Shown here piece by piece: positions 18,193 through 27,872 of a DNA stretch of 57,747 nt; the stretch's first letter is position 1; each line of letters starts with the position of its first letter. A program made the translations under genes and the position numbers. The notes beneath the pieces are model-generated. The model was not told where the DNA came from and did not search any database. It saw only the letters and a program-made list of their open reading frames with translations. This DNA comes from Bacillota bacterium (GTDB lineage Bacteria; Bacillota; JAAYKD01). The stretch is taken from contig JAAYKD010000019.1 of assembly GCA_012522585.1 (NCBI GenBank), positions 1 to 57,747 on the forward strand, written 5' to 3'.

Positions 18193-18292
18193 TTTTAAAA
18201 TAAGATCGCCAAGAGGCTCTGAAGAAAAAGCCAAAGAAATTTTTACGATGTATTTCTAAATACCCAACTATTTTAGCGCTTACCTCTTAAAG
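18193..18292 (+). repeat. Copy A of a ~100-nt non-coding direct repeat
   Basis: It shares the blocks TTTTAAAA, TAAGATCGCCAA, CTCTGAAGAAAAAGCCAAA, TTTACGAT, AACTA, TTTAGC and CTTAC, in the same order, with copy B. Confidence 0.7.
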
Positions 18293-18377
18293 TCATGTCC
18301 AACTCAGCTACCAGCTAAAAGCGAAATGCCATTTCACATATACCATTCCAACTACCGAACGGGTTTGGAAGGGCATA

Positions 18378-18475
18378 TTTTAAAAATAAGATCGCCAACA
18401 AACTCTGAAGAAAAAGCCAAAAAAAATTTACGATATGCTTTTAAATAAGGAACTACTTTAGCACTTACTTTTAAG
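18378..18475 (+). repeat. Copy B of a ~100-nt non-coding direct repeat
   Basis: It has the same ordered blocks as copy A, with roughly four fifths of positions identical by eye and small indels. No reading frame is conserved between the copies. Confidence 0.7.
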
Positions 18476-18498
18476 CTGCTCCCATGCAGAATCCAGAA

Positions 18499-18540
18499 TA
18501 AAAAAAGCGGAACTGCTCTAAGGCTGCTCCGCTTTTATCG
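18499..18540 (-). terminator. Terminator downstream of clpX
   Basis: The stem AGCGGA...TCCGCT has further partial pairing and is flanked by an A7 run on the plus strand (T7 on the minus strand after the hairpin). Confidence 0.6.
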
Positions 18541-18564
18541 TTTTTTGTTTGAGCTTTTCGGAAG

Positions 18565-19887
18565 CTATTCAGAGACCGCTTCAGTCTCTTCTTCTTCCCC
18601 GGCATTGATCAGCAGTAAAATAGGCTGCTTCTCTCTGCGCAAGACGCTGTCATCGACAATTATCTTTTTTACATCCCTTCGAGATGGGATCTCATACATA
18701 ATATCGATCAGAGCATCCTCCATAATCGCTCTCAAACCTCTGGCTCCGGTATTGCGAGCTATCGCTTCTTTAGCTACTTCTTGTAAAGCGCTATCCGTTA
18801 TCTCAATTTCCACTCCATCAAAGGCAAAAAGCTGTTTGTATTGTTTGACCAGAGCATTTTTAGGCTCTGTTAGAATACGAACCAAAGCATTCTCGTCTAA
18901 AGATGTTAGAGTAGCAATTACCGGAATTCGACCAACCAATTCTGGAATCAAACCGTATTTGATTAAATCTGCCGGAACGGTTTGGGTTATAAGCTCATTG
19001 AAGCCCATATCCTTGGCCGTTCTGATTTCAGAACCAAAACCAATGGTGGTCTTACCAATTCTATTTTCAATGATTTTTTCCAAGCCGTCAAAAGCTCCTC
19101 CGACAACAAAGAGAATGTTGGTGGTGTCCAACTGAATGAACTCCTGATGAGGCAGCTTACGCCCCCCTTGCGGCGGCACATTGGCTACCGTTCCTTCCAG
19201 GATTTTCAGTAGTGCCTGCTGAACCCCTTCGCCTGAGACGTCTCGGGTAATGCTTCTGTTCTCGCTGCGCCGGCTTATCTTATCTATTTCATCTATATAG
19301 ATAATGCCATGTTCAGCTCTTTCAACATTATAATCAGCTGCCTGAATCAAGCGCAACAAGATGTTCTCAACGTCTTCTCCCACGTAACCAGCCTCAGTCA
19401 AAGTGGTGGCATCGGAAATTGCGAAAGGCACATTGAGAATCCGAGCCAAAGTCTGAGCCAGGTAAGTCTTACCTACACCAGTCGGTCCCAAGAGCAAGAC
19501 ATTGCTCTTTTGCAATTCGGTAAATTCGCTTTCTTCGTCTTCATCTTTAGAGCCGTGCTGGCCTTTAATTTTAATCAATCTTTGCTGACGAATTCTTTTG
19601 TAATGATTATAGACTGCAACGGCTAAAGACCTCTTCGCTTCGTCCTGCCCAATCACATATTGATCAAGAGCTTCTTTAATCTCTTTAGGGCGCATTAATT
19701 CTTCTGTTTCCAAGGCTGAATGTAGCTCAGATGAAAATTCGTCTTCTAATATTTCATTGCACAAGCCTATACACTCATCGCAGATGAAAACTCCATTGCC
19801 TGCCACAAGCTTGCGGACTTGATCTTGAGGCTTGCCGCAGAATGAACAATGGAATTGTTTTTTGTCTTCTCGGTTTCCTTTAGCCAT
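18565..19887 (-). CDS. clpX: ATP-dependent Clp protease ATP-binding subunit ClpX
   Basis: The zinc-binding N-terminus reads 'CSFCGK...CDEC'. Walker A is 'GPTGVGKT' and Walker B is 'IIYIDEIDK'. 440 aa. Confidence 0.97.
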   Translation of the reverse strand: MAKGNREDKKQFHCSFCGKPQDQVRKLVAGNGVFICDECIGLCNEILEDEFSSELHSALETEELMRPKEIKEALDQYVIGQDEAKRSLAVAVYNHYKRIRQQRLIKIKGQHGSKDEDEESEFTELQKSNVLLLGPTGVGKTYLAQTLARILNVPFAISDATTLTEAGYVGEDVENILLRLIQAADYNVERAEHGIIYIDEIDKISRRSENRSITRDVSGEGVQQALLKILEGTVANVPPQGGRKLPHQEFIQLDTTNILFVVGGAFDGLEKIIENRIGKTTIGFGSEIRTAKDMGFNELITQTVPADLIKYGLIPELVGRIPVIATLTSLDENALVRILTEPKNALVKQYKQLFAFDGVEIEITDSALQEVAKEAIARNTGARGLRAIMEDALIDIMYEIPSRRDVKKIIVDDSVLRREKQPILLLINAGEEEETEAVSE

Positions 19888-19902
19888 AAAATTCCTCTTT
19901 TT

Positions 19903-21186
19903 CTATTCCTTTTCAGCTAATAAAAAGTCTATTGTCTTTTTGTAATTGAGTTCAGAAAGAAGCTGTTCTTGAGCACCTGCTCCCATGGCTATTTTCTTAA
20001 ACTCTTCAACTTCCATTTGATAATTTTGAGCCAATTCAGTGATATATTCTTCCAACTCTTCTTCACTGGCCACAATATTTTCTACTTTAGTTATTTCATC
20101 CACCACCAAAGTATGGCGAACGGCTTTTTCGGCTTGAGGCATAAAGTCAGCAATCATGTCCTCATGGGTTTTATTTAGAATCTTCTGATAGTCTTCCATT
20201 CTCAGACCTTGTTGCATCAGGCTTCCTTCGAAATTCTGTAACATCTGTTCGGCTTGACGGCTGATCATCACGGGAGGAATATCAACTTGAGCATTCTCAA
20301 CGACTTTGGTTAAAATTGCTTCTCTTTTCGCTTCTTTGTTTTGAACCTCTGTGGTCTCTACTAAGTTCTTTTTGATTTCGGCTTTTAATTCTTCCAAGGT
20401 ATCAGATTCTGAAACATCCTTGGCAAAATCATCGTCCAAGGGCAGAACTTCTCTTCTTCTTATTTCATGAAGCTTACACATGAAAACTGCATCTTTACCA
20501 GCTAATTCTTCAGCATGATAATCTTCTGGGAATTTAACTTCCACCTTGATATCCTCGCCAATACTCTGACCTACCAGCTGATCTTCAAATCCAGGGATAA
20601 AAGAATTGCTACCTAATTCCAAATCGTAATTTTCCCCTTGACCACCGGGAAACTCTTCTCCATCTACAGAACCGCTGAAGTCCAATTTAACAAAATCGCC
20701 ATCCTGAGCCGGTTCATCTTCAATGGGAACCAGACGAGCATGTTCGTTTTGCAGACGGGTTAGCTCTTCGTCCACATCCTTGTCTTCGATTTCACGGGTT
20801 TCATATTCGACTTCTAAGTCCTTATATTCACCCAGCTCAACTTCAGGTGTTAAGGTTAAAATAAATTTAACCTCGGCTTTTTCCCCTTTAGCAAAAGCAA
20901 CTACATCCACTTCGGGGCTATCGATAGGCTCAACCTTGGTCTCTTGCAAAACATAATCATAAGCTTCGGGTAAGAGTATATCCAAAGCGTCATCATACAA
21001 AATTTCAACACCGTAACGAGCTTCTAAAATTGGACGGGGCAATTTACCTTTGCGAAAACCCGGTGCATTGATTTGTTTGACCACTCGTCTGTAGGCTTGA
21101 GCTAAACTGGCTTCGACTTCTTCAGGGGTCAATTCCATTTCAACGGTCAGTAAATATTTTTCCCTTGATTGAGATTTAATTTCCAT
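19903..21186 (-). CDS. tig: Trigger factor
   Basis: The ribosome-binding motif 'GFRKGKLP' and an FKBP-like middle domain are present. AAGGAGG lies 6 nt upstream of the ATG at 21186; the track start at 21210 is an upstream TTG. Confidence 0.93.
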   Translation of the reverse strand: MEIKSQSREKYLLTVEMELTPEEVEASLAQAYRRVVKQINAPGFRKGKLPRPILEARYGVEILYDDALDILLPEAYDYVLQETKVEPIDSPEVDVVAFAKGEKAEVKFILTLTPEVELGEYKDLEVEYETREIEDKDVDEELTRLQNEHARLVPIEDEPAQDGDFVKLDFSGSVDGEEFPGGQGENYDLELGSNSFIPGFEDQLVGQSIGEDIKVEVKFPEDYHAEELAGKDAVFMCKLHEIRRREVLPLDDDFAKDVSESDTLEELKAEIKKNLVETTEVQNKEAKREAILTKVVENAQVDIPPVMISRQAEQMLQNFEGSLMQQGLRMEDYQKILNKTHEDMIADFMPQAEKAVRHTLVVDEITKVENIVASEEELEEYITELAQNYQMEVEEFKKIAMGAGAQEQLLSELNYKKTIDFLLAEKE

Positions 21187-21278
21187 AGTATCCTCCTTGT
21201 ATTTGGACAAATATATAAAGGGCTGCTAAAAAACAAGACCTCTTGGTTAAAAACCCAGTTTTTTGACAACTCCTACCT

Positions 21279-21306
21279 ATTATAGCAAACAACTTTTGAA
21301 TTGCAA
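21279..21306 (-). promoter_or_regulatory. SigA-type promoter of tig (extended -10)
   Basis: On the minus strand: TTGCAA, a 16-nt spacer ending in TGC, then TATAAT. Confidence 0.55.
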
Positions 21307-21390
21307 GGTTATTTAATCACAGTTTTTTAATCGAAACTAACGAATTGCTTTAAAGAATTGACCAAAACCCTTTAATTTGAGGAAAAAGCC

Positions 21391-23364
21391 CTATAAACCT
21401 GTCCTCAGCTCAATAATAACATCACGAATCAGAGCTGCTTCTTCAAACTCTAAAGCCTTGGCAGCTGCCTTCATTTCTCTTTCTAATTTTGATAACAATT
21501 CGTGCAATTCTTTTCTATCCATTTTCTTAACATCTTCTCGGCTCAAAATTGCTTGATCACCGGGTCGATCGATATCATCTATGACAGAGCGCACATCCTT
21601 GCGAATGGTCACGGGGGTAATATTATATTTTTGGTTATACTCAGCCTGCAGCTGTCTGCGCCTTTCAGTTTCACCGATGGCTCGTGACATGGAGTTGGTG
21701 ATTTTGTCCGCATACAAAATCACAGTGCCATTGACATTTCGGGCTGCTCGACCGATTGTCTGAATCAGAGATCGTTCAGAACGTAAAAAGCCTTCTTTAT
21801 CCGCATCCAAAATGGCCACCAGGGAAACCTCAGGTAGGTCTAGGCCCTCTCTCAGCAAGTTAATACCCACTAAAACATGGAAAACTCCCATTCTTAAATC
21901 TCTGATTATTTCCATTCGCTCCAAGGCGTCAATATCATGGTGTAAATAGCGAACCTTAACCCCCAACTGGGCAAAATATTCGGTCAGGTTTTCAGCCATT
22001 CTTTTAGTCAAGGTGGTGATTAAAACTCGTTCGTCATTTTCGGTCCTTTTTCTGATTTCTTCCAAAAGATCGTCGATCTGGCCATTGCTAGGCCTTACAA
22101 ACAGCATGGGATCGAGCAGACCTGTTGGTCTGATAATCATTTCAACAGTCTTTTCAGCATGTTCTGCCTCATAAGGACCGGGCGTCGCTGAAACAAACAC
22201 CACTTGATTGATCCGTTCTTCAAATTCGCTAAAAGTCAAAGGGCGATTGTCAAAAGCTGAAGGCAAGCGAAAACCATACTCCACCAGCTTATCTTTACGG
22301 GCTTTATCACCGGCATACATGCCTCTGACTTGAGGCAGAGAGACATGGGACTCATCCACCATCATGAGGAAGTCTTCCGGAAAATAGTCCAGCAATACAT
22401 CAGGGGCACTCCCGGGCATGCGTCCTTGCAAAGGCCTGGAATAATTTTCAATACCGCTGCAAAAACCCATTTCCAAGAGCATTTCCAAATCGTATTCAGT
22501 TCTCTGCTTGATTCGCTGAGCCTCAACAAGAAGATCCCTTTCCTTAAACCAGGCTATCCTTTCTTCCAACTCAACTTCTATTTCCTTAATTGCTCTTTTA
22601 ATATTTTCCTCTGAGGTCACATAGTGACTGGCCGGGAAAATATCTATTTCTGTCGGTGTTTCTAAAATCTCTCCGGTCAGAATATTGATCAAAGAAATTC
22701 GATCCACTTCATCGCCGAATAACTCCACCCGATAAGCCAATTCATTTGTATTGGCAGGAACGATTTCTAAAGTGTCACCTCTGACTCGGAAACGTCCTCT
22801 CTGAAAATCCATTTCATTTCTTTGGTATTGAATTGCCACCAAACGGCGTAAAATCTCTTCTCTTAGCATGGTTTGTCCGACTTTTAGATTCAGATGCAAA
22901 TTCAAGTATTCGGCCGGTGAACCCAGACCGTAAATACAAGACACGCTGGCTACAATGATAACGTCGCGACGACTTAAAAGGGCCGTTGTAGCTGCGTGTC
23001 TCAATTTGTCTATCTCGTCATTTATAGAGGCATCTTTTTCTATATAAGTGTCAGTATGGGGAATATAAGCTTCCGGCTGATAATAATCATAATAGGAAAC
23101 GAAGTATTCCACCGCATTGTCGGGAAAAAACTCTTTAAATTCGCTGCACAATTGAGCTGCTAAAATTTTGTTATGGGCTAAGACTAAAGTCGGTTTCTGA
23201 GTCCTATCGATTACATTAGCCATAGCAAATGTCTTTCCCGAACCGGTTACTCCTAAAAGAGTTTGAGCTTTTACGCCTTTGTTAATCCCACTGACCAGTT
23301 GCTCTATGGCCTGAGGCTGATCCCCTGCCGGAGCAAAAGGCGATTTAAGCTTAAACAAAGACAT
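21391..23364 (-). CDS. uvrB: Excinuclease ABC subunit B
   Basis: 657 aa. Walker A 'GVTGSGKTF', helicase motifs ('DESH', 'QTIGRAAR') and a C-terminal UVR domain 'FEEAALIRD' are present. Confidence 0.97.
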   Translation of the reverse strand: MSLFKLKSPFAPAGDQPQAIEQLVSGINKGVKAQTLLGVTGSGKTFAMANVIDRTQKPTLVLAHNKILAAQLCSEFKEFFPDNAVEYFVSYYDYYQPEAYIPHTDTYIEKDASINDEIDKLRHAATTALLSRRDVIIVASVSCIYGLGSPAEYLNLHLNLKVGQTMLREEILRRLVAIQYQRNEMDFQRGRFRVRGDTLEIVPANTNELAYRVELFGDEVDRISLINILTGEILETPTEIDIFPASHYVTSEENIKRAIKEIEVELEERIAWFKERDLLVEAQRIKQRTEYDLEMLLEMGFCSGIENYSRPLQGRMPGSAPDVLLDYFPEDFLMMVDESHVSLPQVRGMYAGDKARKDKLVEYGFRLPSAFDNRPLTFSEFEERINQVVFVSATPGPYEAEHAEKTVEMIIRPTGLLDPMLFVRPSNGQIDDLLEEIRKRTENDERVLITTLTKRMAENLTEYFAQLGVKVRYLHHDIDALERMEIIRDLRMGVFHVLVGINLLREGLDLPEVSLVAILDADKEGFLRSERSLIQTIGRAARNVNGTVILYADKITNSMSRAIGETERRRQLQAEYNQKYNITPVTIRKDVRSVIDDIDRPGDQAILSREDVKKMDRKELHELLSKLEREMKAAAKALEFEEAALIRDVIIELRTGL

Positions 23365-23380
23365 CTTCTGTTCCTTTCAT

Positions 23381-24913
23381 CTATTTAATCTGTTCAAGCA
23401 AAGCGTCCTGAGCTTTGTCTAATTGTATATCCGATTCTGCTTCAGCTTGTTCTAAGCAATCTGCATTTAACCTCTGCACTGTGATTAAATCCAATTGGCC
23501 CGTTGGATTCAAACCTCGGCTCTCTTGATAAGATTTAAGAGCATTTTTAGTTGCACTGGCAAATTCCTTTTCAGAAACTTCGAACCCCTGGCTGGAAAGC
23601 TTAGCTTGTAAGAGATCTATATCCCGTTGGACCAGCTTATCCTGCTCGAAAACACCGAGAGGAAAAGCCGGATCATAGACGACTAAATCCGGTTGCAATC
23701 CATTTTCAGCAACCCAATGACCATCCCTTGTATACCAATTGCTGGTTGTAAAAGTTACACCTGAACCATTTTTCAATGGACTGGAGCTCTGGCCCACACC
23801 CTTGCCATAGGTACTGGTTCCTACTAAAATCGAACCGCTATCTTGCAGGGCACCGGCTAAAACTTCAGAGGCACTGGCCGAATACTGATTGACCAAAACA
23901 ACCAGAGGATAGTCTCTTTCCTCTAAATGTGAATGCTCTTCAATAGTATAGCCATTGGCATAAGTTATAGAAAATATTTTACCATAGGGAACGATTTCTT
24001 GAGCCGCTTCGACAACACCTGTATGGGTACCGCCGCCATTGGAGCGCAGATCCAAAATCAGACCTTTCATGCCCTGCTCTTTTAAATCCTGAAGAATTTT
24101 ACCCAGCTGCTTGCCTGTCTGATCATTAAAAGAAGTGATTTCCACATATCCGATCTGATCATCCAGCATGGAGCCGGTCACCGTGATAGTCTCGACTAGC
24201 TCTCGGGTGACGACAACATCGAAGTCTTCCATCACTCCCGGACGACGAATCTTCAAAACGACATCAACACCGACTTCACCCCGAACCAAGACAATACCAT
24301 CCTGAGTTGACCAACCAGCAACATCAATACCATCGACTTCAAGAAGTTGATCTCCGGTTTTCAAACCTGCTTTCTGGGCCGGTGAGCCCTCATAAGGCTG
24401 AACAATGGTGATATAACCACCACTGCTGATGACCGAAGCCCCAATCCCGGAATAAAAACCGCTGCTATCGTCCATGCGAATATTAAAATCTTTCTCTCTA
24501 TAGTAAGAAGCATAATCATCATCCAAGACATTTAGCATAGCTTCAATAGCACTGTCAACCAGCTCACTTTTGTTAGGATCTAGGGTTGAACTGGTCTTTA
24601 AGAACTCGTAAACTTGCAAAAACGAATAAAGATCCTCATCTTCTTCAACTGATTTAATAATTTGAGCGGCTGCTTCGGAGCTGGCCTGCCCTGTGTTGAC
24701 CAGATGGTTCCTTTGATATAATTGAATTCCATTAAAAATTAAAGCAGCAGTTAAAAAAAGACTGCCCAAAAAGAAGAAAAAGAAATTGCTCTGCTTCTTT
24801 TCTGGTTTTTTCTGTCGATCCAACAAAATTTCCGAATTATTTCTATCTTCAATCTGTTCTTGTTCATAATCTTTTAGCATAATACACCTCGAAAGTTTTC
24901 CATCGATTACCAA
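23381..24913 (-). CDS. S41-family C-terminal processing peptidase (CtpA/CtpB-like) with a PDZ domain and a C-terminal peptidoglycan-binding domain
   Basis: The serine nucleophile is in 'NQYSASASE' and the lysine is in 'TYGKGVGQ'. A PDZ domain ('GDQLLEVDG') and an N-terminal TM helix are present. The start may be the ATG at 24880 (M12) rather than the TTG at 24913. Confidence 0.85.
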   Translation of the reverse strand: MVIDGKLSRCIMLKDYEQEQIEDRNNSEILLDRQKKPEKKQSNFFFFFLGSLFLTAALIFNGIQLYQRNHLVNTGQASSEAAAQIIKSVEEDEDLYSFLQVYEFLKTSSTLDPNKSELVDSAIEAMLNVLDDDYASYYREKDFNIRMDDSSGFYSGIGASVISSGGYITIVQPYEGSPAQKAGLKTGDQLLEVDGIDVAGWSTQDGIVLVRGEVGVDVVLKIRRPGVMEDFDVVVTRELVETITVTGSMLDDQIGYVEITSFNDQTGKQLGKILQDLKEQGMKGLILDLRSNGGGTHTGVVEAAQEIVPYGKIFSITYANGYTIEEHSHLEERDYPLVVLVNQYSASASEVLAGALQDSGSILVGTSTYGKGVGQSSSPLKNGSGVTFTTSNWYTRDGHWVAENGLQPDLVVYDPAFPLGVFEQDKLVQRDIDLLQAKLSSQGFEVSEKEFASATKNALKSYQESRGLNPTGQLDLITVQRLNADCLEQAEAESDIQLDKAQDALLEQIK

Positions 24914-26052
24914 CCTAAATAGTCACGGGGGTTTACTCTCTCACCATTGACTCTAAACTCAATATGCAAATGAGGACCGGTGCTCCAACCGGTGCTGCCT
25001 ACTAAAGCTATGACATCGCCTCGGTCCACCGTATCCCAAGCATTGACATAAAGTTCAGAGCAGTGAGCATACAAGGTCACTATGCCGTCCCCATGATCTA
25101 TCATGACCATATAACCATAGCCACCGGAATTCCAGCCGGAAAAAATCACTGTTCCGGCATCCACTGCCACTATTTCCGATCCATAATAACCTGCTATATC
25201 CAAGCCACCATGGAAATTACTCTCATAACCTCCGAAAGGATCGTCTCTCCAACCGAACTCATCGGTCGTGTAACGGGTACTGGGCACCGGCCAAGTATAA
25301 ATACCGGTTCCTAAACTGGGGCCCTGATTCTGTAACTGCAGCTCCCTGATTGTTGCTTCCAAGGCTACCGCTTGGCGCTCAAATTCGTTATAGGCTTTTA
25401 ACCATGACTCCTTTTGGCTGAGGATATTGTCCATCAGATCGCTACGTTCTTGACGCATATCCGACAATTCCTCTTCCCTGACCTGAGCCTGATATTCTAA
25501 AGAGGCCAGATATTTAAAATTGTCTTCCAATTGTAAATTTGCTGCTTCTCTTTCCGCCTGTAAAATCTTTTGCTCTTCTAAAATTTCTAAATCCCTTTGC
25601 AAAAGAGTTGTTAAATTGTCAAACTGAACCAGGAAATCAGCAAAGGAATCGCTGCCAAAAAAGACTTCCAAATAACTGATATTGCTGTTTTCATAGAGGG
25701 ATCTCAATCTTTGCTTAGAAAGAGCTTCCTGGGCTTCGACCCTTTGATTGAGCTCACCCAAATGCACATTTCCCGCTTCAATATTTTTTTCTGCCACGGT
25801 TTTTTGGTCACCCAGATAATCCAATTGATTTTCTGTCCATTCCAATTCCCAGTCTACGGCGGAAATTTCATACATAATACTGTCTGTCTGCTGATCAGCC
25901 CACTGAATTTTGCCCCAAAGATGTTGTTTTTGGGCATTGGCTTCTTCCAAGGCATTGCGATAATCATCGATTTCGTCGGCCTTCAACCAGGGCTGAGTGA
26001 AAAAAAGGCTGAACAAAATCATCAGCCAGATTAGCCTGAATCTTTTTGCCAT
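24907..26052 (-). CDS. M23-family murein endopeptidase with an N-terminal coiled coil (EnvC-like)
   Basis: A signal/TM helix is followed by a long coiled coil. The LytM motifs 'HGGLDIAG' and 'GPHLHIEF' are present. It lies downstream of ftsEX. Confidence 0.85.
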   Translation of the reverse strand: MAKRFRLIWLMILFSLFFTQPWLKADEIDDYRNALEEANAQKQHLWGKIQWADQQTDSIMYEISAVDWELEWTENQLDYLGDQKTVAEKNIEAGNVHLGELNQRVEAQEALSKQRLRSLYENSNISYLEVFFGSDSFADFLVQFDNLTTLLQRDLEILEEQKILQAEREAANLQLEDNFKYLASLEYQAQVREEELSDMRQERSDLMDNILSQKESWLKAYNEFERQAVALEATIRELQLQNQGPSLGTGIYTWPVPSTRYTTDEFGWRDDPFGGYESNFHGGLDIAGYYGSEIVAVDAGTVIFSGWNSGGYGYMVMIDHGDGIVTLYAHCSELYVNAWDTVDRGDVIALVGSTGWSTGPHLHIEFRVNGERVNPRDYLGW

Positions 26053-26064
26053 TAAATCACTCCT

Positions 26065-26952
26065 CTATACTTTGAGATATTTACCTAAGGAAATCATACT
26101 GCCAAAAAAGCCGATGGCAAGTCCTCCCAAGGCGATTATCTGAATTAGATTAAACAAATGGGGATTAGCCGGTAACATTGGTAAAAAGGGGATTTCTCTA
26201 ATCACATAAGCATATAAGCGTGAATAGAGAGCTAAGAGAATTAGCCCGGCTATTAACGCTCCAAGCAGACCTAAGATCATACCCTGGAGCAAAAAGGGCC
26301 AACGAATAAACCAATCGGAGGCTCCCACATATTTCATAATTTGAATTTCTTCCCCCCGAGCATCTATGGTCAAGCGGATCGTGTTCATCAAGACCAGCAA
26401 AGATGACGCACTCAGACCGACTGCCAAGAAGAACATGCCAATTCTCAAAGAGGTGCTGAGGCGAGTCAGCTTTTCCACTTCGTCACGACCAAATCGCACC
26501 TCGGCAATATCCCTGATAGTTTCTGTTACCTGAGCTATCTGAGGAACTTCATTGCTCTTTTTCACATAAATTTCAAAGGAATGACGCAGAGGGTTGTCCT
26601 CTTCGTAGCCCGTCAAAAGACCTTTGCGTTTGCCCAAGCGCTCGGACAAACGTTCTAAAGCTTCCTGATTAGAAACAAAATAGACCCTTCTGACTCCTTC
26701 AATTTCGGATAATTCTTGTTCGATTGCTTGGATTCTCTCAGTTTCAATATCATCTCTTAAAAAAGCGGTGATCTGTAATTTTTGTTCCTCATCTTTAATC
26801 ATATAGTTTAAATTGGATGTGAAGAGGAAGAAAAAGCCCATGATCACAAACATGACCAGAGTTATACCAACAGAAGCTAAAAGCATGCTCTTATTGTGGC
26901 GCATGTCCTGAAATGCCTCTTTAAAATAATAGCTGACGCTCTTTATCTTCAA
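26065..26952 (-). CDS. ftsX: Cell-division ABC transporter permease-like protein FtsX
   Basis: 295 aa, four TM segments with a large first extracellular loop. It overlaps the ftsE stop. Confidence 0.88.
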   Translation of the reverse strand: MKIKSVSYYFKEAFQDMRHNKSMLLASVGITLVMFVIMGFFFLFTSNLNYMIKDEEQKLQITAFLRDDIETERIQAIEQELSEIEGVRRVYFVSNQEALERLSERLGKRKGLLTGYEEDNPLRHSFEIYVKKSNEVPQIAQVTETIRDIAEVRFGRDEVEKLTRLSTSLRIGMFFLAVGLSASSLLVLMNTIRLTIDARGEEIQIMKYVGASDWFIRWPFLLQGMILGLLGALIAGLILLALYSRLYAYVIREIPFLPMLPANPHLFNLIQIIALGGLAIGFFGSMISLGKYLKV

Positions 26953-27629
26953 GAAGAGACACCTCCCTTTGTCTGGTCCAAAACCTTCTTGCCACTTTCA
27001 ATGATGATCATTCTTTGTTGCATAAAATTGACCATTTCTCTATCATGAGTGGCCATCAAGACGGTCATGCCCCGCTCATTGACTAAATTGAGCAAACGCA
27101 TAATTTCTTTGGCTGTAGCTGAATCAAGGTTACGGGTAGGCTCATCACAGATTAAAATCCCCGGGTCATTGGCCAAAGCTCTGGCGATGGCTACTCTTTG
27201 TTGCTCGCCCCCGGACAATTGATCGGGATAAGAATCCTTTCTGGGTAAAAGTCGAACCAGTTCCAATAATAAAGGAACTCTTTCTTTAATATGAGTTTCG
27301 GAAGCTTCAACAACCTTCATAGCAAAGGCTACATTTTCATAGACTGTCTTATTGGGCAAGAGGCGAAAGTCCTGGAAAACCACACCCAAACGCCGCCTCA
27401 GAGCTGCTACTCGGCTCCGGCGTAAAGTATTGATGACCTGATTTTCCAGAATTATTTGGCCGGAAGTAGGTCGTTCTTCCAGAGTTAAGAGCCGGAAAAT
27501 CGTAGACTTACCGGCACCACTGGGGCCCATGATATAGACAAACTCGCCCCGTTTTATATTAAATGATACATTGTCAAGAGCACAGACCTGGTTTTCAAAA
27601 GTTTTTGTTACAGAGTCAAAGGTAAGCAT
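26949..27629 (-). CDS. ftsE: Cell-division ATP-binding protein FtsE
   Basis: Walker A is 'GPSGAGKST', the ABC signature is 'LSGGEQQR', and Walker B is 'ILICDEP'. Confidence 0.92.
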   Translation of the reverse strand: MLTFDSVTKTFENQVCALDNVSFNIKRGEFVYIMGPSGAGKSTIFRLLTLEERPTSGQIILENQVINTLRRSRVAALRRRLGVVFQDFRLLPNKTVYENVAFAMKVVEASETHIKERVPLLLELVRLLPRKDSYPDQLSGGEQQRVAIARALANDPGILICDEPTRNLDSATAKEIMRLLNLVNERGMTVLMATHDREMVNFMQQRMIIIESGKKVLDQTKGGVSS

Positions 27630-27872
27630 AAAGCGCCTCCTTAGAAATATTACCGCTAATCGAACAGTTTATGCCTATTAACATTGAAAATTTCGACAAT
27701 TCTCTTTGTTTCTCCTCTACTCAGACCTAATTTTAGCCAAAAATGTTCCTTGAATTTAAAAGTTGTTTATTTTATGGTTTCGGGTTATGATAGAGTGTAA
27801 GACTTAAATTATCGGAATCAGCTGGAATTTTCGATAAAATTTATAAATAAAACTAGAAATAAAGGAGGAATC

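Noticed and set aside
18545-19135. 196-aa plus-strand ORF
   Set aside because: It lies entirely antisense to clpX. It is Ser/Ile/Leu-rich low-complexity sequence with no RBS, which is a typical shadow ORF of a strongly supported gene.
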